A DNA stretch of 64,000 nt from assembly GCA_000002445.1 (NCBI GenBank), contig CH464491.1, forward strand, positions 5,024,001 to 5,088,000. The letters run 5' to 3'. The translations under genes and the position numbers were made by a program. Positions 34,289 to 46,011 of this stretch are shown here, one piece after another (position 1 is the stretch's first letter; every line of letters starts with the position of its first letter). The DNA comes from Trypanosoma brucei. Taxonomy: Eukaryota. Below the pieces are notes generated by a model. The model was not told where the DNA came from and did not search any database. It was given only the letters and a program-made list of their open reading frames with translations.

Positions 34289-34570
34289 TTTCTCTTTTGT
34301 CGGTCCTATTTCTGTTCGGGCAGATTGTTCAAAAACTTAATTAAATTCGTTACCTCGGCCCAAAACAAAAATTAATTAAAAATAAAAAACCTAACACTAA
34401 AACCTACAAAAATCAACAGGAAAAAGGAGAAAAAATTTAGCAATCATCAAAAAAATTTGGTAGGCTCAGGTAGCCAATATATATATATATGTATATAACG
34501 ATTTCTCGGAGATTTTAAAGGGGTTAAAATATATCAAATAGCAAAGTTCGTTTAAAAATAGGGGAATTTT

Positions 34571-36086
34571 TTAAAACAGCAAGGCCATAAAAGCAGAAAA
34601 CACGTGAGGAACAGAAACTCTCAAATTTCTAGAAAACGATTTTTCATCTTTCTTTTTGTTTTCAGCTTTTGGAAAGCATTTAGGGTCTTTTTTATCATCA
34701 AAATCACAGCCTTTTTTATCTTTGCAGGGTTTCACTTGTTTTATGCTTTTTGCATTCATCTGCTGATTTGGCTGGTTCTGTTAATTTGTCTGTGTTTGTG
34801 GGACATGAGGGACTTTCTTGTTTTTTCTTCTTGACTTCTTGTTCGTTAATGAAACGGCGAACAGTGTAACATGTTGCTGCATCTGCGAGTTCTTTGGGGT
34901 TGGTTATTGTTTTCAGTTGTCTGTCGCCATTGCCGCCTACGGCGGCTTTTGGTGGTGTCATGTCGTCAAGCGACTTTCCTACAGCGTTTTTAATTTCGTC
35001 TCCATTTTCACCGATGACTTCCTTTAGTAAGTTATCCACTTTGGTTTTCGTGGCATCGGCGTACTTGGCGCCTTCGCCGTCTATGGCTTTCGCTAATTGT
35101 TCTTTCAGCCTCGGCGCCATTATCAGTGCTTTTATATCCAATGTTGCCGACAGTGTGCCTATCGCTGCTGCAGCGTCTTCTAGCTTGGCTATAGCTGCTG
35201 CTGCTGCTGCAATAGTTTTTTTGTTGGGGATCGCGGTAGCTTCCGAGCTGTCGGAGTATTTGCTGTCGCTTGCGTCAGTTTTACGTGTAAGCGTTATTGT
35301 TGCTTTGTCAAAAATCTTGCCGCCCTTTAAGGCTAGCACTGTGCTTGCGCCGTTGCTGCAGCCGTTGTTGGCTCCGTATTTCTGCCCGTTCGTCCCTGCG
35401 GCTGCGCAAAGTGTGAGCTCTGCGTCTGCTGCTGGTGGCGGCATATCTCTCGCTTTCAGCCCAATCAACACCAACTTATTTGTGCCTTGTTCATTTTGTG
35501 CGTGGCTACCTGTATGGTCTTCGTTCGTCCCGTCGGCTTTTTTGCATGTGCCGTGTCGGTTTGGTGTCAGCTTGGGTTTTGCCTGAAGATTCGTGCCGTT
35601 CGCGTACGTGCTTACTGCTGTGACAAAGTTTGTGGATTCTATTTGCGTGTTGCTGAGCTCTGCAACCGCTAGCATTTGTCGTTCTAGTTGTGCTGCTGCT
35701 GTTGTTCCTGCGTTTATAACGGCTGCTTTTCTTTTTACTGAGTTTAATACTTCACCAGCTGATTTTAAAAGAGACACCGCTAACAGCTTGGCTGTCAGTG
35801 CCTTCGCCCCTGTCTCTGTGCTCGTTACGGCGGGCAATTTTGTTGCTTTTGCGGTTGCCTTTTCCGCGTTATCAATTGCTGTGCTGATCAAGGCTTGGGC
35901 ATTGGCTGCAATATCTCCCAAATAGTATGCTGCGTGGCACGAGGTTGTTACTGCTGGTCTTTTGCGGTGTAATGCGGTAGCTACAGGCATTGCTGTTAAA
36001 GCAAAGATTAGTATTAACGCTTGCGGGGTTCGTTCTATCTTTACTATGGTGTCGGCCTTGCCATATTGGACGTTACTGCTGGTCAT
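34571..36086 (-). pseudogene. VSG: VSG pseudogene with a single frameshift near its 3' end (paralog of the intact VSG at 55190-56644)
   Basis: 456-aa ORF 34716-36086 ends ...SADECKKHKTSETLQR*. The following 62-aa frame, 34571-34759, continues ...KGCDFDDKKDPKCFPKAENKKKDEKSFSRNLRVSVPHVFSAFMALLF. The intact VSG at 55190 has the same CTD uninterrupted (SADECKKHTTEQACKGEKGCDFDEKKDPKCFPNKK...). GGGTTAAAATATATCA is at 34521-34536. Confidence 0.8.
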
Positions 36087-37659
36087 TGCTCTTTGCTATA
36101 CAAACTACAGAAAGTCAAAGTTGGCTTTTAAGAAGTATACAACAAGAGTACACCGCTGTTTTTAGCGTAGAATGCATAAGAAATTCGGATCATAATTAGA
36201 AGCTTAGCCTAGTGCTTGCTTTTATTAATTTCGGATACAACCTTGCTACGCAGTTGTTGCTGGATACACCATAGTTTCTGCGTCTGCTACAGTTTTACAC
36301 GACTTGTAAAACTGCTTTAATTGTCTATAAGAATGTTGTTACTGCACAATAATCAGGTTTTCTGTGAATAAAAAGGGTATCTATTGCCTGTTACCCTGCT
36401 TGTTTTGTTGATATACTAAGATCTGAATGCATGTGTTTATTTTTAACCTGCCTACTGTGAGTGAATCAACGGCCTGAAAGTATTATGTCTCTATTAATCA
36501 GCTCAGGTACTGTCTGTTCTATTCTTTGTTCCCCAGCTTTATTTAACATTTAGCGTATATGAATGCATCTGTATCACTGTTCGTCCCTTTTCAGCGAGCT
36601 CCGCCGCTGCCGCCAAAGTAGCCTCGAAAAACACTTCTTGTGTTATGGGGCGCCATCCTGTGTCTCCTTCTTCCGCTAGAGTTGATTTATGCGTAGTGGT
36701 CATAACTTTATTAGTACGAGTATGCCGCTGCAAGTTAATCCAGCTGCCTCTGTCAGTTACATTTTCCCTATTAATTTCTATTTTTAACGTTTCCGACACA
36801 GAAAGCCGTAAATAGAATTAAATGCTGATGGTAAATAGCACCACTTCACTTCTTTTTTTCCTCTACGGTGAATTGAATTTCACTCTTATATGTAAAATCA
36901 TTTATAATATCCAACGTATATCGATTAATTTTACTTTTCATACATTTAATGTGCTTGACTATAAAAAAACGAACAAGCTGCTTCTATCTGATAAATTTCC
37001 CATTCCTGTATGTTTAGGGGGAGTTGATGCTTACTGTTTCTACACTATCTTGTAATATAGTGACACTTTTACAGTTTTTTTCGTTTTATTTTTGAACGTG
37101 TTCTTTCTCTTTCTGCTCCTATCTAAATTTGGTGCTGCTTTTGGAACTTTTGCAAGTTTTTTTCGGTCATCAGCTGTCTGTTTTCTCAAAGCATTGCCAG
37201 TTGCACTAATTTTTGTACTAGACCTACTTTTAGACATATTAGCCACCCTTAACCGGCTATAATCACCGTATCACATTGCTCTTCATCTATCATGGTGGCT
37301 ATATGGAAATAATTCAATCTTCAAATGGTTTGTTGTAGCATACAGGTAATGGTAGGGTTAGGCACCTTCCAGTTGCATTGGTTCATTATGTTAGTTATAA
37401 CGACCCAATTTGGCTATGCGGTCTCCCTGTCACTATATGTTTATCTCACTACATAATCTCCTTGTAAATAATGGTATCCATCGTCATATTTGTGTTTAAA
37501 ACTGCACAAATTTCCTCTCTATATTCATCCTTTTATCTTTCTGCGTTTTATGTGCTAACATTTCTCCCGCTCTTCCTCTTACTTACTATCCAACTAACTC
37601 ACTTACCCCACGGTGACCTCGGCATTGGTTTGAATACTTTCATTTTTGACTTCCAGTCG

Positions 37660-37735
37660 ATTATTATTATTACTCCTCTTATTATAATATTTGTATATAC
37701 ACACTTACAAAAAACAATTTTAATTATCATTGTTT
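37660..37735 (-). repeat. 70-bp repeat
   Basis: GATTATTATTATTACTCCTCTTATTATAATATTTGTATATACACACTTACAAAAAACAATTTTAATTATCATTG. Confidence 0.8.
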
Positions 37736-38033
37736 TTGTCAATAATGTTTACTCTTACTATTATAACCCCTTTGTATCCAACTGAAATCCATGAAATAAA
37801 CAAATAAGCTAATTAGAATAGCATCTATTTTCCATACTCTATCACTATACTATTTGAAAACCATATGTCACTTTCATACATTCTTTAAATTTTTTATATT
37901 TTTTAATTTTTCTTAAATAATCATATTTACTTATCTTTTTTACAAACCTGTTAAAATATTCTTATAAAAGAGCGTCTTTTCATAGATTTTATAAAATTGA
38001 ACAAAAAACTCTTAACAATAATTCTTAAAAGTG

Positions 38034-39458
38034 TTATGCTAGAAGCAAAAATGCAAGCCAAAGAGGCGCCTTGTTAACGACAAAAGAATTGCTTCCGGTG
38101 GTGTTTGTGTTTGTCGTTTTCCCATCTTTCCCTTCTTGGCAATCGTTTTCTCGCTTAGATTTCACCTCCTTTTTCAACTCACACTTTTTGTCTTTTTCGT
38201 TAAAAGTGCAGTCTTTATCCTTTAAGCTTTCACAGGCTTTTTGATCACCCCCTGCTTCATTGCAAACTTTTTTTGCCGGCTCTTGTGTTGCTTTGTCTGC
38301 TTGTTGGCTTAGAGCTTTTGTGGGTTGTGGCGGTTGAGTAACTTCGACCGTCGCTTGCAAGTATGTTCTCAACGCTGCTGTTTTTAAGTTTGTGACCTCC
38401 GCTGCAATACGAGCATTTTTGAGTGAGTTTTTGTGTGCTGCTTCCAGTCTGCTTATTGCCGCTGTGAACTTGCTGAGCCACGGTATTTGCAGCTTGCCGG
38501 TTGCATCTAACGCCTTATACAGCACGCAGTCTCCGTTGGCGGCGCCGTTGCATTGTGTCTCGTCGCCTTTGCCTAGCATTATTTTGCCTGCTGTCGTGGC
38601 GCCCGCTTTGTGTTTTAGTGCCGCCGTGAAAGTCGCTGCTGCTGCCTTTATGTCTGCTGCCGTCGTTTTTGTGTGTGGTATTAATGGGCATTTTTTTGCT
38701 AAGGCCGCCGCCGCCGTTGCCGACGCACTGGCCGTGCTGTAGGTAATGCCGCTTAGTGCTGTCCCGGTGCATGCTGGTGATGACCCTCCGCTCGCGGAAC
38801 ACAGGCATAGGAAATCGCTCATGAACGACCTGCCCGCCTCGCTGTTGCTGGGATCGTTGCCGCCGCAAGCTGTCGCTGCCGTGCCGTACGTCTTGCTTCC
38901 GGCCTTATCCTCGCCGGCTTTATCGCCGAAAAGAATGTCGTTAAAGTCGGCTTGTGCCTCTGCCTGGGTGGTTGGTTCGACTAAACCTTTTTCAAGTGCC
39001 TTAGCTTTTTCTAGACTGCAATTGATTAGCTTGTTTGCTGTTGTCCGCATGGGGCTGTTTGGTAGTCGAAGTATTTTGATGCTGTCTATTTCCAAGTTGC
39101 CAGCAGAGATGAGGTGCTTGGCTTTCTGCCATTTAGGCCTGTTTTCTTTGTACTGCTGTGGTTTATCGCCGTCACTTGAATCATCTTCAAACTTTTGGTC
39201 GTACATGCTGTCTTCTGCTGTAGAAAGGTTAAGTTCGATCAGCTGTTGTATCGCGCGCGTCACCTCTTCCTTGTCTTTTTGCTCTGGAAGATCTGCTTCT
39301 GCAGTTAGGATCTGACGGATGCCGCACATCATATTGAACGCTTGTGCGTTATCGTTAGCTGCTCCTTTGCAGCTGCCGGCAAGGAGTGTTATTGCTACCG
39401 CAATCTTAACTTCGGCTACCGATAGCCTTGGTGAGCTTTGAAAATTTTGTTTCTTCAT
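38034..39458 (-). CDS. VSG: Variant surface glycoprotein, intact 474-aa ORF (C-terminal ...TTGSNSFVVNKAPLWLAFLLLA)
   Basis: Single ORF with an N-terminal signal (...VAEVKIAVAITLLAGSCKGAAND), FLCLCSASG-type motifs and a CTD Cys cluster (CNEAGGDQKACESLKDKDCTFNEKDKKCELKK). Confidence 0.85.
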   Translation of the reverse strand: MKKQNFQSSPRLSVAEVKIAVAITLLAGSCKGAANDNAQAFNMMCGIRQILTAEADLPEQKDKEEVTRAIQQLIELNLSTAEDSMYDQKFEDDSSDGDKPQQYKENRPKWQKAKHLISAGNLEIDSIKILRLPNSPMRTTANKLINCSLEKAKALEKGLVEPTTQAEAQADFNDILFGDKAGEDKAGSKTYGTAATACGGNDPSNSEAGRSFMSDFLCLCSASGGSSPACTGTALSGITYSTASASATAAAALAKKCPLIPHTKTTAADIKAAAATFTAALKHKAGATTAGKIMLGKGDETQCNGAANGDCVLYKALDATGKLQIPWLSKFTAAISRLEAAHKNSLKNARIAAEVTNLKTAALRTYLQATVEVTQPPQPTKALSQQADKATQEPAKKVCNEAGGDQKACESLKDKDCTFNEKDKKCELKKEVKSKRENDCQEGKDGKTTNTNTTGSNSFVVNKAPLWLAFLLLA

Positions 39459-41004
39459 CGCTTTCTTTGTTGACTATCTAAGTTTTATTGCTCCTTAAAT
39501 ACAAATAATTTGTCAGTTTCTGCTTGGGCCGCTGTTTGAATGTGCCGTTCCGCAGTGGCGGTGAGGGAACTTTTCCTAGTAAATGGCGAAAGTCTTTTAC
39601 ACTGGCTGATTTTTGTATGGAAGGGTAAAGGCAGAAAGCTACTTTGTCATGTATGCGCTAGATGTTCTGTCCGACTGCATAAAATGCAGCTTGCACTTTA
39701 TTTTGGGGTCGTAAAGTTGTGGCATAACCTTCAACCGCTTCCTTACTATATCTAAATCTAAAATGGTTATTAGTTAGGTGTCAGTCCGGCTTCACTTTGC
39801 TCCAGTGGCGTGTGTTATTGGTGCCGTCTGTTTGTCTTTTTGCCTGTTCCTGCTTAGTGAAGGTTGTTTCAATCGCTTTAGCAGCAGGCCGGTATTTTTT
39901 TGTTGTATTTTCGTGTAATACAAGGTGATATATCAGAACTTTAGTTGCTCTGACCGATTTTGCTGTAAATGTGTCTGTTTTTTTGGTGGTGTATTATTGT
40001 CTTTTTTGTACTTGGTTTCGATGAACAGATCGGAATAATAGCTATTGCAATTGTCGATGTGTTGTTTAGCACTCATTGAACTTCTTTATAATTTGAGTAA
40101 AGCAATCGAAGCGCCAGCGCCTTTTTGCCACAAGTTGTCCGCACTTGACATCGCTTGACGATGCTTAATTCGTTGCAGATTGTAAAGTCGTTTATGACAC
40201 GTGACTTGTTTTTGTCTTGTCTTATTGGTAGAGCCCTCTGTATAGGAGTAATCTTGTGCATTCCGTTGTAACGGGAGCCGATTTTTGGTCATTGCATTGG
40301 TGCCGCCGCCTTATGTTTCTCAGCGCCCTTGAACATCCTATCTGGTGCTGACTGTCGCAAGCAATTAAAAAAAGTACAAGCAAAAAAAGCTCGTGGGCCG
40401 CTTACTGGCTACTTCCCTTTTAAAGGCCCCCAACAATATATAATTCATTCCGCAAGACGTTTTTGATTGAATTTCTGATTTAATATTCGGATAGTGTGCC
40501 ATAATAGAAACGGCAATCAACACGACTGCCGTGACTTCATCTATTTTTCAAGTGATACACAAAAATTTATTTACTTCTTTTCTATTTTCCTCTACATCGC
40601 GGTGTGTTATAACGTATTATGTTGTTTGATCATGTACTATTTATTATGCTTCACCCGTGCTGCTTATTTCATGACAAAAACGTACCGATTGTATTTTTCC
40701 TGTGAAATGGACTCTTTTTATTCCTCATTTCTGGTTGCAGCATGTCCTTTTGTATAACAATACAAACTATCTTATTTATGCATGAAACTTGCGCATATTT
40801 CATCAGTCATCCTTTTTCATGACTTTGTACCCTTCAAAAATATTCTCTATGCTCTCTTTCACTCACACTCACTCTCTTGAACACATCTCACTTACTTACT
40901 CTAATTTCACCGTTGACATTGTTGTATAGTTTCTATTTAGGCCTTGAATTTAGTCATCACAGCTCTTTTGTAAAATTTTTGCATACATAGTGCCGAGATA
41001 ATCC

Positions 41005-41056
<52 letters not shown>
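41005..41056. repeat. Pure (ATT)17 = (TAA)n microsatellite at the position where a 70-bp repeat is expected
   Basis: ATTATTATT... for about 51 bp with no adjacent GTATATACACACTCACAACAC core. It lies about 1.55 kb upstream of the intact VSG at 38034-39458, the spacing at which other cassettes have their 70-bp repeat. Confidence 0.85.
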
Positions 41057-41322
41057 TTGACCATACCTAATATTGGTTGAGAATAAAATACATGAAATTA
41101 TAATATTTCATGATTTCTCTCGCTTTTCTTACCATATCACTTTACTGATTTGTGACCATAGACTGCTATCATGTACATTTTACTAACATTTTCACATTTC
41201 TCTTATTTTTTAATTTTAATGAATTTTACTAATTATCACATTTTAATCAAAAAGCGTTAAAATACATAAAAATCTTTTCAAAGTATTAAAGTCTAATAAA
41301 TTTGAGAAAAAAGAGGGGATAA

Positions 41323-42862
41323 TTAAAACAGCAAGGCCACAAAAGCAGCAGTCATACTCAGAGTCAATTTGTTATTGAGGAGAAAACTTGAATCCTTGTA
41401 CTCGCCTTCAATCCAACTACAAACCGCTTTTTCACTTGGTTTTACGTCCTTGTTTTCCGGTTCAAATTCTTTTTTAGTGTGCTTGGTACACCTATTTGAA
41501 TCAGTTTTGCCATTTTCCCCTGCTTGGTTTTTTGCCCCTTTTTCTGCTTTTTGTTTGGATTCCTTATCCAATTTTCACTTCCTTTTTCCGCGTTCTTCAA
41601 CAATCAGTTTGCATGGCTTTTCGCACTTGTGTAACCCTTTTGCTTCACAAGTTGAGTCTGTTTCGTTTATTTTTGTGGTCTGTTGGTTTGATTTGTTTTC
41701 TAAATTTGTGGTCTGTAGTTTTAACTTTTGTATATTTCGGTTCTTGTAGTAAGCCAAGACTTTCTGCAATGTTTCTAGACTACTGATGCTACTTAGCGCT
41801 ATTTCCTTCCCTTCATCGGCGTCAGGGTCTTGGACTTGCTCTTTCGTTTTACTGCTGTCGTATTTTTCGGACATGACTGTGCTACCTCAAAGCATTGCTT
41901 CTATTTTTCGTTTAACAGCGGGTTCAGGAGTTCGCGAACCGTTCTTCTTCAAAACTATTGACCTGTAGAGAGATACGAAAGTTTGGTCGTCTTTCAGTTT
42001 AAGTCCGTCTTTGAACTCATACTTTTGGGGTTGCTTATTTGTGGCCAAGTATTCCTGACGAGCTGCATGAAGTAGAGGCTCTGCATCTGCTTTGGTCCTT
42101 ATTTTGGTTGTTCCCTTCATTTTCATGCCTGTGCCGTCAAGATAGAAAATAACCGCCGAAACCTTTGGTGTTACGCCAATAGTGTGTCCGGTGTTTGCAT
42201 TTAGCATATAGTTCGTGGCTTTCGCTTTTGTTAGAGCTCAGACGCTACTTCCACCGGTTGCCTCAACATCAGCATCGTCGCTTTTGATCGCGCCCTGATA
42301 GCCGGCTGCATCAAAGCCTGTAACTGTCGGTTCAGCTGCTGTTAGCCCGGTCGTTTCGAGCACACATCCAGGCGCGTCGGTTGAGAGGTCTGTATTGTGT
42401 CTTCTGAACACATTGGTCCCGGTTTGCCTCGAGGAGAGAGTGTGTAGTGTCGCTGGCGATCTGGCTCGTTTATGTCACGAATTATGCTATCGCCGCTTGC
42501 GCTCTCGCCGCATCCCGGATCGCTGTTAGCTGTATTGCCTTCGGCTGTCCCAGAGAGGTCCTCCAAGGCAGTTTCCCCCGCTGAGTGTAATACGCTAGGA
42601 GCGCCTTCTCCTCCGGGGTCTGTGAGCCGTCACCATTTTTTTCTATTATTATTTTTGCTTTGTATAACTGCTTTAGCTCATCGTGCGCAGTTGTCGCGTC
42701 ACCTTTTACAATTGCGGATGCTTTTTGTTGTATCTTGTCGAGTTCTGCCGCCAACTGGCATGCACCGGTCCATGCAGTATATTTGATGCCGCCGCCAGGT
42801 GTACAAGACATGCTTTTGGCCGCGAGTAGCGTAACAAATAACGGCAGTGGAGTGGTTTGCAT
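41323..42862 (-). pseudogene. VSG: VSG pseudogene (at least 4 frames, internal stops)
   Basis: N-terminal ORF 42482-42862 (MQTTPLPLFVTLLAAKSMSCTPGGG...). C-terminal ORF 41323-41571 ends ...KAVCSWIEGEYKDSSFLLNNKLTLSMTAAFVALLF. The 16-mer-like GCGTTAAAATACATAAA is at 41254-41270. Confidence 0.8.
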
Positions 42863-44082
42863 GATGTAAATGCTTCGCTGTAGCTTGAAGCTTAGCTTTG
42901 TTTCTTGCTACTTTTTGTGTCTCCGGTGAGTGGTTGTGTCCGCAAAGTTTGATGTAAATTCTAAATTAAATATAAAATGTCCAGGTCGGGTAATATTCTT
43001 GTGAGTGTTTGCACAAAAACACCTAGTTCGCTTTATGAAATCATACTTATAAATCAAACCCATATTTTTCTTGTCAATTGTATCTACGGGAGTGTAATTC
43101 CAGTCCTGCGAATTCTCGAGATACCCAACAGATTTCTAAGCCTGACAATTAAAATCTTACGGTTGTTAATTGCTTTTATTTGATGGAAGCTTTGTATCGC
43201 ATGTCGGAGTGACAAACAGGAAGCCCTAGCGTTTCTCCAGGACACAAATGAGTTTTTTCTGCTTCTCCATCCCGTGTGACCGTATTTCATCGACGCTTAA
43301 GAATTAAAAAATTGGGTTCGGAAAGAGGTTTTTTTCTCTGCTTTTCTTTATTAATTCTTGCCGTTGGTTTTTACACAACGACAACTCTTAAGGTCTGATC
43401 ATTATGCCAATAAAAAATCGGTGGGCATCATTAAAAACTTTTGTCATCTCATATAAAGCTCTTCTAACGGAAAGTACGCGATTTACTTTAAGCAGTTTCC
43501 ACGTACTAATTTATATATATATATTTTTACGGTAATTCAATAGTAGTCTCAGTCTTCAAATCCTCATCCAAATAAAACGTCATATTGTCTTTCTAAAATG
43601 TTACTATTATTAATGTTCCTAATGAGAACAAGAATTTACTATTATTTCATACTCAATTTTTTAAATTCGCATCTCCTTTCTCTTCTTCACATATAAAAAA
43701 TGGAATATACAATCAAATTAATAAATATAGTTGCTGCCATCTCTGGTGTATTACCTATAACTTTTGATTTAATTCGTCAGAATCGTTTTGTGTATAGCTC
43801 TATGCCTTCTCGTATTCTGTAATTTTTTTGTTGGCACTTTTCTTTCATCTATTGCTTCTTCTGCATGATACGTGACGAATTCATTTGTTGTTTCCACTGG
43901 ACTGTACCACTCTCCAATTTTCCATGCAATCATCTCCATGAGTGTAATAATGACCATTGCCATATTTGTATTTGAAGATGCGCATTTTCATCTCCCTTCA
44001 TCACACTCCCACTTTACTCAAACAACTTCCATTGTCGTGAGTGCTTCTATTTTTCTTTTTCATTTGCCTATAACCAATGCTC

Positions 44083-44130
44083 TCATAATAATTTTGGTAT
44101 ATACACAGCCACAACATATCATTATCCTTA
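44083..44130 (-). repeat. 70-bp repeat (single degenerate unit)
   Basis: CTCATAATAATTTTGGTATATACACAGCCACAACATATCATTATCC. Confidence 0.65.
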
Positions 44131-44432
44131 CCGTTATTTTTTAACAATTATTATAGCCCTAACATGTATAAGTAGAATAACTAAAATAAATTAAATAAAT
44201 AAAATGAGAACTGTGCTCCTCCTTCAAACCATTTCACCACACTACTTTACACAATTTCCACTATCATACACACTTTACAAAAAGTTTTAAGATTTAAAAA
44301 CTTTTCATATTTTTATCAATTTTCGTAACCGTACATTTTCGTCAAAAAGTATAATAATACGTCACATTTTATCAAATTTTTATATTTTCATAAATTTCAT
44401 GAAATTGTGCAAAAATCCTCGAAATTCTAAAA

Positions 44433-46011
44433 TTATACCATACTCATAAAATTATCAGTCATCAGAGAAAATTTTTTATTGGCGAGAAAACTGGAATCAC
44501 GGCATTTATAAGTTCTTTTATCAGACCCATTACTATTTTCCCCCTTCCATCCACAGTGTTTTGTTACACCCTGATTTGCTCCCTCACAAGCCGTCTGGTT
44601 TAGAAGGGTGCTGCATCCAGGTTTGCCAGTATTATTCCCGTTTTTCTTTTTTCCTGTTAGTTCTGTTGCTTCTTTTGATGCTGCTTGTTTGCTTTCTTCA
44701 CTCAATGTGCACTTTTTTCCTTCTTTTGTTTTTTAATAATGGGAGCCTGGAGTTCCGCCACACTTTTCTTGTTATTCTATTGCGTTGCAAACTTCTTCCG
44801 GTTTATGGGTTGCGTTGTTGTCTTGACAGTGTTGCTATTGAATTGTTAGCTTTAGAGCTTCTTGCCTCTTTGCTTGAAGACACCTGCACGTCGCTTCGGT
44901 GAAGTTTTCATCGCTGTTAATCTCTTCTGCGATTTCGCTTTTTACCGTCGCTCCATCGCTGTATATTAGTTTCGTTTTTTGTAACTTAGCCCACAATTTT
45001 TGATGTGAATTGAGCTTGTTCGTTACCGAAAAGTTTATCGCGCGTTGTGGTTACGGCTTTGTCGGATTTTTCTTCTTTTGGTTTATTCGCTTGAGTTTCT
45101 AACGTTTTGGCTATCACCTCCAGCAGCAGATCTTCGGTCTTTCAGCTGTCATAATTGCTCTCTGTTGGTGTTTTCTGAGGCGTTGCCGCTGTGTGGAATT
45201 TGTCATAGGCTTTCCGTGCTGCCTGGTGGCTTTTAATGTTTTCTGCGGTTTGGTCGCATGCTGCTGCTGTTAGTGGCTAGACGTTTGGGGTTATCCCGTC
45301 TACTTTTAATGCTCCGCCGCCCCAATAAGCTTGATCAGGTCCGCCAGTTGTTGCCTCTTACCCTCCGCTGCTTGAGATTTTGGTGAGCTGGCAGGTGTTT
45401 CTAGTGCTTTCCGATGCTCCACTGCCTCCTGCTAGTGCCGTGTGTTTGCTGTAGTCTTATTTCGAGTGCGCAAAGCCTGGTACAGGATCTATCTGCATCG
45501 CTGCAACGCAGACTGCATCTTCGGTTGCTATCTTGTTGTTGCCGTTTCTTCCTGATCGCGCTTGGAGGAAATATTCGGTTCCTGGAATGCTTGACACCGC
45601 TTGGTTGAATACACTGGTGGTTTCGTCTAACCTACCGTCTGTGTAACCTAGAGCCGCAGCGGCTACGGATGCTTTTGGGGAAAGATTTTCCAGTGCCGCA
45701 AGGCTTTCCTTCATTTTTGTGTGCATGTAGCCGGCGAAGAGCGTTAGCGCCGGGGCATCGTCCTTTTTCGCTACATATGCTGCCTCCTCTGACTTTAAAC
45801 TTAGCGTTTTTAGATTGACAATTTCCGGTATTAAATGCTTTTGTCTCGCGGTCGTGCTTTCTGCTGCTTTTTTGTTGTGCTTTATGAGTGTGCACAGCTT
45901 TGTCGCTGCCGCGTGACCGACTGCGTTACTTTTTGCGGCGTCTGACCCCGTTGTGACCACGAAACTTAAAGCCGACATCACCTTTAATAAAGTAATCATT
46001 CTAATGTCCAT
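44433..46011 (-). pseudogene. VSG: VSG pseudogene (N- and C-terminal ORFs intact, about 750-bp middle without an open frame)
   Basis: N-terminal ORF 45457-46011 (MDIRMITLLKVMSALSFVVTTGSDAAKSNAVGHAAATKLCTLIK...). C-terminal ORF 44433-44705 contains ...GVTKHCGWKGENSNGSDKRTYKCRDSSFLANKKFSLMTDNFMSMV, the same CTD type as the gene at 2983-4422. Confidence 0.75.

Noticed and set aside
36539-36799. 86-aa minus-strand ORF (MSETLKIEINRENVTDRGSWINLQRH...)
   Set aside because: It is isolated, without family resemblance, and lies in a VSG upstream spacer. Insufficient evidence.
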